A stretch of DNA of 60,326 nt, counting the filler, from an uncultured Myxococcia bacterium (GTDB lineage: Bacteria > CAZTWC01), in NCBI GenBank assembly GCA_964617105.1. It is 4 parts of 4 records of this genome, joined end to end, with 100 filler letters (N's around TTAATTAATTAA, not from the genome) between each part and the next. Parts side by side here need not be neighbours in the genome. Positions count along the whole stretch, not along the records: positions 15,469 to 30,710 come from CAZTWC010000067.1; positions 30,811 to 45,827 come from CAZTWC010000068.1; 2 more parts are not named here. One strand, 5' to 3'. Shown here one piece after another: positions 21,401-30,851 of the stretch. Position 1 is the stretch's first letter. The number at the start of each line of letters is the position of its first letter. The notes below the pieces were generated by a model that saw only the letters and a program-made list of their open reading frames with translations, did not search any database and was not told the origin of the DNA. Both the position numbers and the translations under genes were made by a program.

Positions 21401-23072
21401 AAAAGTTATCACCTTCGGTGGTTACAACATTGGTAATTTCAATGTTGCCATCCGCTGGTACGGTAAAAGGATAATCGGTGGTTTTATTGACCTTTAATGT
21501 TCCGGTTTGTGCGGCTTCTACATTGATCGATTTCATTTTAACGGTTATTTCAAAGCCTTTTTGGGTTACTGTGCCGTCTTTTTTAAGAATCGGGGTGCCG
21601 GCCTTGGGAAAGTCAAAGGTTAGAGAGGGTTTGATATCGGTGAGAGTGAAAGTAACCTCAGAACTTCTGGTTTTGTTCCCGCTGGTGTCTTGAACTTCTA
21701 CCACCAGGGTATGGGTTCCTTTTTTTAGAGTTACAAATAAAAAGGCAAAGTTGCTATTTTGTTGGAACTGGGCAGGTTTTGATTTAATAATCTGATCGGT
21801 TTTACCCTCATTTACTATTAAGGTAATATTATCAGATTTTTCCACACCAGTGGTTTTACCTTCAACCTTAAAATCCACTAAGGTTTGTTTATCAGCGGGA
21901 TAGGTTACAGTAACAGTTGGTGGAACTGAATCCACCAGCACTGTCTTTTCTGCTATGGTGCCAGATTTCTTTTTATCAGGTGATTCCACTACTACTGCAA
22001 GGGTTATTTCTCCCTCGGGTAAAGTTATATTTTTTAGCAATGCGGTGCCGTTGCCATCCACTGTGGCAGTTTTTTCAACTTTATCGTTAATTTTAAATGA
22101 AACAGCACTGTCTTCTACGCAGGATGTGTATATTGTAAAGTCAATTTGCATTCCGGCAGTTTTATTATCTTTATCATCCTCAGCCAGATATTTATCTTTA
22201 TTGGGAGTCATGTTTACGTTGCATTGACCAATATCCACCAGGAGTTTGCCCATACTGGATACAGATTTTTTATCATTAGTTTCGGTCTTCACCTGCAGGA
22301 TATTTTCTCCCTGTTCCAGTTTGACATCAGCAAAAGAGACACTGTTTATATCTTTTTTATCCTTTTTTTCTTTGAAAGCCAGTGTGCCTTTGTATTCTTT
22401 ACTGTTGCTCTTTACCGTTAATGTCACATCGTTACCTGGTTCAACACCAACGCATTCTACTTCAACCTTGACTTGTAATCCTTCCAGATCTTTTTTGGTA
22501 TCGTTATCCCTGGTTAACAGTTTGTCGGTGTCAACCTCAGGAGCAACAATTTTACAATATAAAACATCATTAACATACTGAATTGAGAAGACTTTTTCCA
22601 GTGTGACCTCTTTTTCTTCCTCCTCAGTAGCCCAGGCGATTAAACCTAGAAAACCGCTTTTAGGCATTTTAAAGGTGGCGCTTAGTTTGAGGTCGTGAAA
22701 TCCGGTTGGTATTTTTAAACCAGTTGCTTGCAATTGTCTACCTTTCTCTGTGGTGCTCTCCTGGGCAAGATTCTTTGGAAATCCATCAATTGCCGTTCCA
22801 TCTAAAGAAAGTTTAACAGATACATCAACTTTGTCGGGGATGTTAAAGAAATTAAAAGAAAAATCTATGTCGAGAACATCCGTGGTGCTGGTATCTTTGT
22901 CATCTTTACTGGTAAACACCAGGCCTTCGGTCCGATCTTCGAACAGGTCCAATTTTACCAAGGGATTATCCAGGGGCTTTTTATTAGCCTTGCCACTATC
23001 GCTGCTACAACCCATCAAGCCCAGGAACAATCCTAAAACTAATAACATTACCAATAATTTAATACTTTTCAC
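15469..23072 (-). CDS. Giant surface lipoprotein with tandem bacterial Ig-like repeats (3'-truncated by contig end)
   Basis: AAGGAG RBS then GTG at 23072; lipobox LMGC; many ~90-100 aa repeats ending I-x-A-x-D-x-AGN...DT-x-x-P; an FN3-like LKWTAP segment near the truncated end. Confidence 0.88.
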
Positions 23073-23116
23073 GGTGTACTCCTTCAATATTTATTGAGAA
23101 TAAATATGCTGAAAAA

Positions 23117-23395
23117 TTATAATTTAATTATCAGGTTTTTGTCCAACATTTGCTGAATAAATTCAATAACATCACGGCAGGCTTCATCCCGGTTAACTTC
23201 AAATTCTTGGCAAATAGTTTCGATAATATCTTTTATCACAATCTCTTTTTCCGCTATTTCCCATATCCTGGTGCCGACCTCGTTCATGGTATGAAGAAAA
23301 CTGTCTTCTGGTGTGATAACCAGGGCCTGTCCTTCGATAATCCGGGCTGCAGTGTCCAGGTTTTGTTTGATTTTCCAGTTTTCAACAGCATTCAT
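23117..23395 (-). CDS. PqqD-family / RiPP recognition element protein
   Basis: ARIIEGQALVI, HTMNEVGTRIWE and ICQEFEV..DEACRDVIEFIQQM..KNLI; 92 aa. Confidence 0.9.
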   Translation of the reverse strand: MNAVENWKIKQNLDTAARIIEGQALVITPEDSFLHTMNEVGTRIWEIAEKEIVIKDIIETICQEFEVNRDEACRDVIEFIQQMLDKNLIIKL

Positions 23396-23441
23396 AATCC
23401 TATATTACCTTAAATAAAATAAAGAAATTTTTAAGAAATAG

Positions 23442-23570
23442 TTAGTTGCTGCTTGTTTCAGTTTGTTCTGTTTTAGAACCAGAGATTTTTGCTTTTATCC
23501 GGTCTTTCTTTTTTTGTTGTGCTCTCCGTTTTTTCATCTTGGGTGTTCTTCTATTGTCACCGGTTCCCAT
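23442..23570 (-). CDS. Small basic protein (42 aa) MGTGDNRRTPKMKKRRAQQKKKDRIKAKISGSKTEQTETSSN
   Basis: GGAG RBS, ATG, K/R-rich sequence and an upstream sigma-70-like promoter; below the ORF track cutoff. Confidence 0.65.
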   Translation of the reverse strand: MGTGDNRRTPKMKKRRAQQKKKDRIKAKISGSKTEQTETSSN

Positions 23571-23665
23571 AGTAAATGTTCTCCATAAAAAGTGATTGTA
23601 TAAATTTTAGATAATAGTTTCAACTAGTTTACATGTTTATTAAAAACTATCTTAATTGTGTGTCA

Positions 23666-23695
23666 ATTGTAACCGTAAATATAATTTTTTGTCAA
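23666..23695 (-). promoter_or_regulatory. Sigma-70-type promoter
   Basis: TTGACA-N18-TACAAT on the minus strand, about 95 nt upstream of the 42-aa ORF. Confidence 0.55.
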
Positions 23696-23766
23696 GGGAG
23701 AAACGCTTTGGTTTTCAAGTTTTCTACTAACTTGTCGCTTGACCGCTATTGGCATATAGTATAATA

Positions 23767-23826
23767 TAGTTTCCGTCCGAACCACTCTCTTTTCTCGCCA
23801 CCTATTGAATTTTCGGACGGGCGCTA
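23767..23826. repeat. MITE/REP-like element (family A) with imperfect terminal inverted repeats
   Basis: TAGTTTCCGTCCGAA...TTCGGACGGGCGCTA; related ends at 26783, 38213-38273, 45234, 51516-51547 and 53434-53489. Confidence 0.6.
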
Positions 23827-23874
23827 AAATAATCATTTTATGTGGTTGAATGACTCTTCTTATGGAGATATGGG

Positions 23875-24078
23875 TTGATTAAAATTCAGTTAAATGGTCA
23901 GAATAGAGAAATTAGTGACAATACCAATATCTTTATGTTATTAAAACAACTGAATCTTAATTCTAAAGCAGTTGCTGTGGAAGTAAATATGAATATCGTT
24001 TCCAAAGATGATTACAATAGATATAATATAAAGCATGGAGATCTAATAGAAATATTAACTTTTGTCGGCGGAGGATAA
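23875..24078 (+). CDS. thiS: Sulfur carrier protein ThiS
   Basis: 67 aa, IQLNG, VAVEVN and C-terminal FVGGG; upstream of thiG. Confidence 0.95.
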   Translation: MIKIQLNGQNREISDNTNIFMLLKQLNLNSKAVAVEVNMNIVSKDDYNRYNIKHGDLIEILTFVGGG

Positions 24079-24079
24079 T

Positions 24080-24853
24080 ATGGACGACAAACTGATACTG
24101 GGCGGCCGGGAATGTAAATCCAGACTAATTGTTGGTACCGGTAAATATGAAAGTTTTGAATTGATGGAAAAAGCGCTGGAGGCTTCTGGCGCCGACATTG
24201 TTACTGTGGCTTTGCGCCGGGTTAACCTGGATCCAGATAAAGGAGATTCCCTGCTCAATCACATTGACCCTAAAAAATATTTACTACTGCCTAACACAGC
24301 TGGTTGTTATACTGCTGAAGATGCGGTTAGAACTTGTCATTTGGCCAGAGAATTGGGCATGAGTGACCTGGTAAAACTAGAAGTTATTGGCGATGAAAAA
24401 ACCCTTTTTCCTGATACTGCCGGTCTTTTGAAGGCCGCAGAGCAATTGGTCAAAGAGGGATTTAAAGTAATGCCATATACCAATGATGATGTTATTGTGG
24501 CCAAACGGCTGGCCGATATGGGTTGTGTTTGTGTTATGCCTCTGGGTGCTCCTATTGGATCGGGATTGGGAATTAGAAATCCGTACAATATCCGTTTGAT
24601 CATGGAAGCAGTAAATGTTCCGGTTATTGTTGATGCTGGTGTCGGCACTGCCTCTGATGCGTCCAGGGCCATGGAGTTGGGATGTGATGGAGTATTGCTC
24701 AATACCGGAATTGCCCTGGCCAAGAAACCGGTTTTAATGGCGGAAGCCATGCGGTTGGCTGTAGATTCGGGCCGAAAAGCATTCTTGTCCGGCCGGATTT
24801 CCAAAAAATTATACGCCACTGCCTCTAGTCCTATTGAAGGTATCTTTTGGTAA
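24080..24853 (+). CDS. thiG: Thiazole synthase
   Basis: [38 protein letters not shown] and [11 protein letters not shown]. Confidence 0.98.
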   Translation: MDDKLILGGRECKSRLIVGTGKYESFELMEKALEASGADIVTVALRRVNLDPDKGDSLLNHIDPKKYLLLPNTAGCYTAEDAVRTCHLARELGMSDLVKLEVIGDEKTLFPDTAGLLKAAEQLVKEGFKVMPYTNDDVIVAKRLADMGCVCVMPLGAPIGSGLGIRNPYNIRLIMEAVNVPVIVDAGVGTASDASRAMELGCDGVLLNTGIALAKKPVLMAEAMRLAVDSGRKAFLSGRISKKLYATASSPIEGIFW

Positions 24854-24865
24854 ACAGGAGTTGAG

Positions 24866-25495
24866 ATGTGGTCTGGATTTCGGCTATATCTGATTACCGA
24901 CCGGCGACTTTGCGGCGGAAGTGAAAAATTACTGGAGATATGTGGCCAGGTTGCTACAGCAGTAACTCCGGGTTTTTTAGCTTTTCAGTTGCGGGAACAG
25001 GAAATAGACGACCGGGAATTGCTATGGCTGGGAAAAAGACTAAAGGATATCTGTAGAGAGAGCGGCTGCCAATTGATTATCAACCGCAGAGTGGATTTGG
25101 CTAAATGTGTGGAGGCGGATGGAGTTCACTTGAATAGAAAGTGCATGCCAATTAAAAAAGTTAGAAAAATATTTTCCGGATTGATAGGGTTTTCCACCCA
25201 TAATTCAGCAGAATGCCGTTCGGCCGAAAAAGCTGATTTTATCACCTTGAGCCCGGTTTTTAATCCTTTGTCAAAAGAGTCAGCCGGACCGGCACTGGGG
25301 ATAGAAAATTTTAATCTTTTAATTGATCAATGTAACTTGCCGACTTTTGCTTTGGGCGGTGTAACAGTGGAAAAAATAGAGAGGTTTAATCATAATAATA
25401 TTGCCGGAGTGGCCTTGATAAGCGATATATTGACTGCTCCAAATCCGGTTTCAAGAATTGTTGAGTATCAAGAAAAAATAGGTAAACACAAATAA
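24866..25495 (+). CDS. thiE: Thiamine phosphate synthase (ThiE/TenI family)
   Basis: LYLITDR, FQLRE, ADGVHL, GFSTH, SPVF..LSK and FALGGV; located in the thi operon. Confidence 0.8.
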   Translation: MWSGFRLYLITDRRLCGGSEKLLEICGQVATAVTPGFLAFQLREQEIDDRELLWLGKRLKDICRESGCQLIINRRVDLAKCVEADGVHLNRKCMPIKKVRKIFSGLIGFSTHNSAECRSAEKADFITLSPVFNPLSKESAGPALGIENFNLLIDQCNLPTFALGGVTVEKIERFNHNNIAGVALISDILTAPNPVSRIVEYQEKIGKHK

Positions 25496-25510
25496 TTTAG
25501 GAAAAAGAAT

Positions 25511-26785
25511 ATGACCCAAATAGAATTTTCCAGAGCGGGTGAGATAACTCCAGAAATGAAAGAAGTGGCTGCCCAGGAGGGGCTTAAACCTGAAAACATA
25601 GTTGAGCTGGTAAAAAAAGGAGAGGTGGTGATCCTCTGTAACCAGAATCACCAGAATGTAATTCCTACCGGCATAGGAAAAGGTTTGAGCACTAAAGTAA
25701 ATGCCAATATTGGTACTTCAGTGGATGTGGCTGACCTGGACCAGGAGATTGAGAAAGCCCGAGTTGCGGTCAAAGCCGGAGCCCATGCCATAATGGATCT
25801 CTCCACGGGCGGTGACCTCAGGGAGATCAGGCAGACTATTACCGAAACTGTACAGATTCCAATAGGAACTGTACCCATCTATCAGGCTGCGGTAGCCTGC
25901 ACCAGGAAGAAAAAATCTTTTGTGGAATTAACTGTGGATGAACTGTTTGAAACCATTGAAGAACAGGTGGAAGAGGGCGTTGATTTTATCACTGTTCACT
26001 GTGGAGTTAACCAAAGAGCCCTGGAGCGGATGAAAAACGAAGGAAGGGTCATGGGAGTGGTAAGCCGGGGCGGGGCTATGACCCTGGAATGGATGAAATA
26101 TCAGAAACAGGATAATCCTCTTTTTCAGCATTTTGATCGTCTGGTTGATATTGCCTATAAACGTGATGTAGTGTTATCTCTTGGTGATGGATTCAGGCCG
26201 GGTGCAGTGGCAGATGCCACTGACCGGGGACAGATTGAAGAGTTGATCACTTTAGGAGAATTGACTCAACGGGCGCGGGAAAAAGGGGTGCAGGTGATGA
26301 TTGAAGGACCTGGACACGTACCCCTTCACCAGGTAAAAGCGAATGTGCTTTTGGAAAAAAGTTTGTGTCATAACGCCCCATTTTATGTCCTGGGGCCCCT
26401 GGTAACCGATATTGCTCCAGGTTATGATCATATTGTATCTGCTATCGGAGGAGCTCTGGCAGCCTGGGCCGGAGCCGATTTCCTCTGTTATGTAACCCCT
26501 GCCGAGCATCTACGACTTCCAGATGCAAGTGATGTGCACCAGGGGGTAATTGCTTCCCGGATAGCCGCTCATGCCGCTGATATTGCCAAGGGAGTGAAAG
26601 GAGCGGCAGAAATGGATCTGATGATGTCAAAATGCCGCAAAAACTTGGATTGGGATGGGCAAATAAAAATCTCGATAGATCCGGAAGCAACTAAAAAGAT
26701 AAGAGATTCGCGACCTCCTTTAGATGAATCCACCTGCACTATGTGCGGTGAATTTTGCGCCATCAAAGTTCAAATGGATGGTTAG
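25511..26785 (+). CDS. thiC: Phosphomethylpyrimidine synthase (short, anaerobe-type)
   Basis: KVNANIGTS, MDLSTGG, GTVPIYQ, SRGG, EGPGHVP, CYVTPAEHL and C-terminal CTMCGEFCA. Confidence 0.95.
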   Translation: MTQIEFSRAGEITPEMKEVAAQEGLKPENIVELVKKGEVVILCNQNHQNVIPTGIGKGLSTKVNANIGTSVDVADLDQEIEKARVAVKAGAHAIMDLSTGGDLREIRQTITETVQIPIGTVPIYQAAVACTRKKKSFVELTVDELFETIEEQVEEGVDFITVHCGVNQRALERMKNEGRVMGVVSRGGAMTLEWMKYQKQDNPLFQHFDRLVDIAYKRDVVLSLGDGFRPGAVADATDRGQIEELITLGELTQRAREKGVQVMIEGPGHVPLHQVKANVLLEKSLCHNAPFYVLGPLVTDIAPGYDHIVSAIGGALAAWAGADFLCYVTPAEHLRLPDASDVHQGVIASRIAAHAADIAKGVKGAAEMDLMMSKCRKNLDWDGQIKISIDPEATKKIRDSRPPLDESTCTMCGEFCAIKVQMDG

Positions 26786-26814
26786 TGTCCGTCCGAACAA
26801 TGGTTAGTTTTATC

Positions 26815-26844
26815 TTGACTTATTATTAGAAACGATGCTATAAT
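26815..26844 (+). promoter_or_regulatory. Sigma-70-type promoter of the ffh operon
   Basis: TTGACT-N18-TATAAT with an extended -10 TG, 50 nt upstream of ffh. Confidence 0.65.
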
Positions 26845-26893
26845 AACTCGTTTCATATGAAAATATATATGTTTCAAACTGATGGATTGATAT

Positions 26894-28225
26894 ATGTTTG
26901 ACAGTTTAAGTGACAAATTAACTGATACCATTAAACGTATTCGTGGACAGGGCAAGATAAACGAGAAGAATATCCACGAAACTCTTAGGGAAGTAAAATT
27001 AAATCTCCTGGAAGCGGATGTCCACTTTAGAGTGGTTAAAAATTTCATTAACCGGGTTAAAGAGCGCGCTACCGGCAGGGATGTATTGAAAAGCATTACC
27101 CCGGGCCAACAGTTTATCAAGATAGTTTACGAAGAGTTGGCCGAAATAATGGGGGGTGAAAATAAAGAAATAAATCTGAATTGTCAACCGCCGGCAATTA
27201 TTTTATTAGTAGGATTACAGGGCTGCGGTAAAACTACTACGGCCGCTAAACTTGCCAAACGTCTCAAGGAGAAAAACAATCGTAATCCCCTTTTGGTTCC
27301 GGCAGACATTTATCGCCCGGCAGCCATCGATCAATTAAAAATATTGGGTCAACAGGTTGGATGCTCTGTTTATGACACTCAACTGGAACAGAAACCGGTT
27401 GATATCGCCTGTTCAGCCCGGAAAAAGGCGTTGAACGAAGGCTATGACACAATGATCATAGATACCGCCGGCCGACTGCATATTGACCAGGTGCTGATGA
27501 ATGAACTGGTTTCCATTAGAGAAGAAGTCAATCCCAGTGAAATATTGTTTATAGCCGATGCCATGACCGGTCAGGACGCGGTTAATGTTGCCAAACGCTT
27601 CAATGATCTACTGGATATTGATGGAGTGATTCTTACCAAAATGGACGGTGATGCCAGAGGTGGAGCGGCTCTTTCTATTGTAGAGATTACCGGTAAACCG
27701 ATCAAACTGGCGGGTGTTGGCGAGCAACTGGATGCTTTGGAACTTTTTCACCCTGACCGTGCAGCATCACGTATTCTAGATATGGGCGATGTCCTTACAC
27801 TGGTGGAAAAAGCCAAGGAAGTATACGATGAGGATCAGGCCCAACTGCTAGAGAAAAAACTCAGACAAAATAATTTTACTCTGGATGATTTTCTCCTTTC
27901 CCTGCGACAGATGAAAAAGATGGGTTCCATAGAGGACCTGTTAAAAATGATCCCAGGGGTGGGAAAACAGATGAAACAATTAAAAAAGATTAATCCCCCT
28001 GAAAAAGAGGTTAAGAGAATAGAGGCTATTATTAATTCTATGACTCGTGAAGAGAGACAAAATCATGCAATTTTAAATGGCAGCAGAAGGAAAAGGATTG
28101 CCCAGGGGAGCGGCACCAGAGTTCAAGATGTAAATCAATTTATCAAACACTATATTGAAACCAGGAAAGTATTAAAAAGATTTAACAAATTTGGAATGCG
28201 TGGGCTAATGCGCAATTTTATGTAG
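26894..28225 (+). CDS. ffh: Signal recognition particle protein
   Basis: LLEADV, GLQGCGKTT, DTAGR, TKMDGDARGGAALS and M domain SRRKRIAQGSG. Confidence 0.99.
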   Translation: MFDSLSDKLTDTIKRIRGQGKINEKNIHETLREVKLNLLEADVHFRVVKNFINRVKERATGRDVLKSITPGQQFIKIVYEELAEIMGGENKEINLNCQPPAIILLVGLQGCGKTTTAAKLAKRLKEKNNRNPLLVPADIYRPAAIDQLKILGQQVGCSVYDTQLEQKPVDIACSARKKALNEGYDTMIIDTAGRLHIDQVLMNELVSIREEVNPSEILFIADAMTGQDAVNVAKRFNDLLDIDGVILTKMDGDARGGAALSIVEITGKPIKLAGVGEQLDALELFHPDRAASRILDMGDVLTLVEKAKEVYDEDQAQLLEKKLRQNNFTLDDFLLSLRQMKKMGSIEDLLKMIPGVGKQMKQLKKINPPEKEVKRIEAIINSMTREERQNHAILNGSRRKRIAQGSGTRVQDVNQFIKHYIETRKVLKRFNKFGMRGLMRNFM

Positions 28226-28236
28226 GAGAAATAAAA

Positions 28237-28485
28237 ATGGCTGTAAAATTAAAACTCACCCGGATGGGAAAAAAGAAAAAACCATTTTATCGTATAGTGG
28301 CTATCGATTCCAGGGCTGCCAGGGATTCGAGATACATAGAACAAGTGGGGCATTATTCTCCACTTAGTGACCCGCCAGATATTAAATTGGATATGGAGAG
28401 AACCCAATATTGGTTGAAAAATGGCGCCCAGGCAACGGACACAGTTCGTCAAATTATCAATAAAGTAACAGCAGCAAATAGTTAG
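28237..28485 (+). CDS. rpsP: 30S ribosomal protein S16
   Basis: MAVKLKLTRMGKKKKPFYRIV; conserved operon context. Confidence 0.98.
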   Translation: MAVKLKLTRMGKKKKPFYRIVAIDSRAARDSRYIEQVGHYSPLSDPPDIKLDMERTQYWLKNGAQATDTVRQIINKVTAANS

Positions 28486-28597
28486 TGTAATATATTTGAC
28501 TGTTTAGGAATCCTTTTTCATATTATACGCGACTATCAGAGTTTCTTGGTATTAGTATTACCATTAGTTATATTTAGATTTCCCATGGAGGTTCAAA

Positions 28598-28828
28598 ATG
28601 AAGGAATTGATCGAGTACATCGCGAGAGCTCTAGTGGACAGACCCGAAGATGTTAAGGTAATAGAAGTCGAAGGAGAACAAACTTCGGTTATTGAATTAA
28701 AGGTTGCTAAAGAAGACCTGGGAAAAGTAATTGGCAAGCAGGGTAAAACTGCTCGAGCCATGCGGACAATATTAGGTGCAGCTTCAACCAAACTGAGAAA
28801 AAGATCTGTCCTGGAAATTCTAGAGTAA
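28598..28828 (+). CDS. khpA: KH-domain RNA-binding protein
   Basis: LVDRPEDV and [18 protein letters not shown]; lies between rpsP and rimM. Confidence 0.95.
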   Translation: MKELIEYIARALVDRPEDVKVIEVEGEQTSVIELKVAKEDLGKVIGKQGKTARAMRTILGAASTKLRKRSVLEILE

Positions 28829-28905
28829 TTATTTCAGGATAACGCCCCAAAACTTGACCATAACGTAGATCTATTTTTGAGCGAGCCCAAAGGAGAATAT
28901 CGATA

Positions 28906-29412
28906 ATGCGCGTTGTTCGCATCGGCGTTATTGGCAAACCTCATGGATTAAAAGGGGAAGTTCGAGTATTCCCCGATAATCCGGATTCTCTTCTTTTATC
29001 AACATCCCCTACAATATTGATTGGTCAGGATGATAGGCAAGATCAGCTTAATATTTCTCAGGCGTCTAAATCCAATAGATACTATATCGTAAAATTCAAA
29101 GAGATAACCAGCAGAGAACAGGCTGAAACTCTGAAGGGTAAAAAGGTTTTCATCGATTACCAGGAATTAGCCATGGACACCGGGGATGATGAGTACCTGT
29201 TATGCGATTTGATCGGAATGGCGGTATTTGATCTTGAAGGAAAAGATTACGGAGTTATTAAAGAACTTATCGACACTTCCGCCAACCTGGTATTTGTTAG
29301 CCGGAGCAAAGAGAAGGAGTTTTTAATTCCCGATATCCCCGAGGTAGTCAAAGAGATTGATGTTGATAATAACCGAATGGTAATCGATCCTCCCGAAGGA
29401 CTTTTTCCCTGA
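28906..29412 (+). CDS. rimM: 16S rRNA processing protein
   Basis: IGKPHGLKGEV, DLIGMAV and C-terminal PRC barrel ending PEGL. Confidence 0.96.
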   Translation: MRVVRIGVIGKPHGLKGEVRVFPDNPDSLLLSTSPTILIGQDDRQDQLNISQASKSNRYYIVKFKEITSREQAETLKGKKVFIDYQELAMDTGDDEYLLCDLIGMAVFDLEGKDYGVIKELIDTSANLVFVSRSKEKEFLIPDIPEVVKEIDVDNNRMVIDPPEGLFP

Positions 29413-29413
29413 T

Positions 29414-30115
29414 ATGCGTTTCGATATATTAACGATTTTTCCAGAAATATTTATTTCACCTCTTAAAGCCAGTTTACTGGGCAAAGGGATTGAAAAAGGG
29501 ATTATATCCATTAACCTGGTTGACCTTCGTGATTTTACCGAAGACAAACATAAAAGTGTGGATGATACTCCTTTTGGCGGTGGATGCGGTATGGTTATGA
29601 AGCCAGAACCCATTGTAAAAGCCCTGGAATCAATTGATAGCAATTTTAACCGTAAATTGTCAATCGCCCTTACCCCTAACGGCAGATTGTATGACCAAAA
29701 ATTGGCAGAAGAATATTCTGGTTTGGACCAATTAACCATAATATGTGGACGTTACGAGGGAATTGACCAACGGATAGGCGATTATTATGTGGATCAGGAG
29801 ATATCAATTGGAGACTATGTTTTATCAGGCGGAGAGTTCGCTGCTTTGGCTATAGTTGATTCTGTCTCAAGACTGGTGCCCGGTTTATTGGGAAATAAAG
29901 AGTCTCTCCTGGAGGAGAGTTTTAACCAGGGATTATTGGAATATCCTCAGTATACCAGACCCAGAGACTTCAGGGGCTATCAAGTGCCAGAAGTATTGCT
30001 CTCGGGGGATCATAAACGAATAAAACAATGGCGTCACCGTAAATCTCTGGAGAGAACCGAAAAATACCGGCCATCTCTCTATAATGAATATTTGGAAAAA
30101 TCCGGGTCATCCTGA
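29414..30115 (+). CDS. trmD: tRNA (guanine-N1)-methyltransferase
   Basis: VDDTPFGGGCGMVM, CGRYEGID, SIGDYVLSGGE and LLEYPQYTRP. Confidence 0.98.
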   Translation: MRFDILTIFPEIFISPLKASLLGKGIEKGIISINLVDLRDFTEDKHKSVDDTPFGGGCGMVMKPEPIVKALESIDSNFNRKLSIALTPNGRLYDQKLAEEYSGLDQLTIICGRYEGIDQRIGDYYVDQEISIGDYVLSGGEFAALAIVDSVSRLVPGLLGNKESLLEESFNQGLLEYPQYTRPRDFRGYQVPEVLLSGDHKRIKQWRHRKSLERTEKYRPSLYNEYLEKSGSS

Positions 30116-30243
30116 ATATTGTCAGGGAGGCACTAAATATTTGGCAAAAAAGTATTGACAATATCTGTTTCTTGTCGTAAATAGATTTATCTTATATTAA
30201 TTTCCCATTAAATTTCCAACTTTGGGCTTAACGGAGAGTTCCC

Positions 30244-30603
30244 ATGAACCTGATCGAAAAAATAGAATCAGAACATCTTAAAAAAGATATTCCTACATTT
30301 AAAAGCGGCGATACCATAAAAGTGCATATTATATTAAAAACCGGCAAGAAAAAAGAGGGCGGGAAAGACCGGGTACAGATATTCCAGGGTGTAGTTATTC
30401 GTGTCAAAGGTGGTGGAATTAATCGCACTTTCACTGTGAAAAAAATATCCTACGGCGTAGGGGTAGAGAGAATCTTTATGATTAACTCGCCTATAATTAA
30501 GAAAATCGAAGTTGTCAGCCGCGGAAAAGTAAGAAGAAGTAAACTCTACTACTTCAGGAAATTGAGAGGAAAAGCAGCCAGAATTAAAGAAGCCAATCGC
30601 TAA
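30244..30603 (+). CDS. rplS: 50S ribosomal protein L19
   Basis: [16 protein letters not shown] and [12 protein letters not shown]. Confidence 0.98.
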   Translation: MNLIEKIESEHLKKDIPTFKSGDTIKVHIILKTGKKKEGGKDRVQIFQGVVIRVKGGGINRTFTVKKISYGVGVERIFMINSPIIKKIEVVSRGKVRRSKLYYFRKLRGKAARIKEANR

Positions 30604-30710
30604 AAACTACCAATATTCTTAAAATTTAATTCCTACCCTTGAAACAAACAAAACTTTTCAAGTCAAAAGAAAGCCCACCAATTACCTGGCTGGAGAAAAT
30701 AAATCTCCAG

Positions 30711-30810
30711 NNNNNNNNNNNNNNNNNNNNNNNNNNNNNNNNNNNNNNNNNNNNTTAATTAATTAANNNNNNNNNNNNNNNNNNNNNNNNNNNNNNNNNN
30801 NNNNNNNNNN
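30711..30810. other. Artificial contig linker
   Basis: N44-TTAATTAATTAA-N44. Confidence 0.98.
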
Positions 30811-30851
30811 GTGTTTGCCGGGGCCAGGGAAAAAAAAGGAACTAAACTAAA

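Noticed and set aside
25511..26785. ThiC homolog as BzaA/B/F (cobamide lower-ligand synthesis)
   Set aside because: The thiS-thiG-thiE context and the absence of cobalamin genes favour ThiC.
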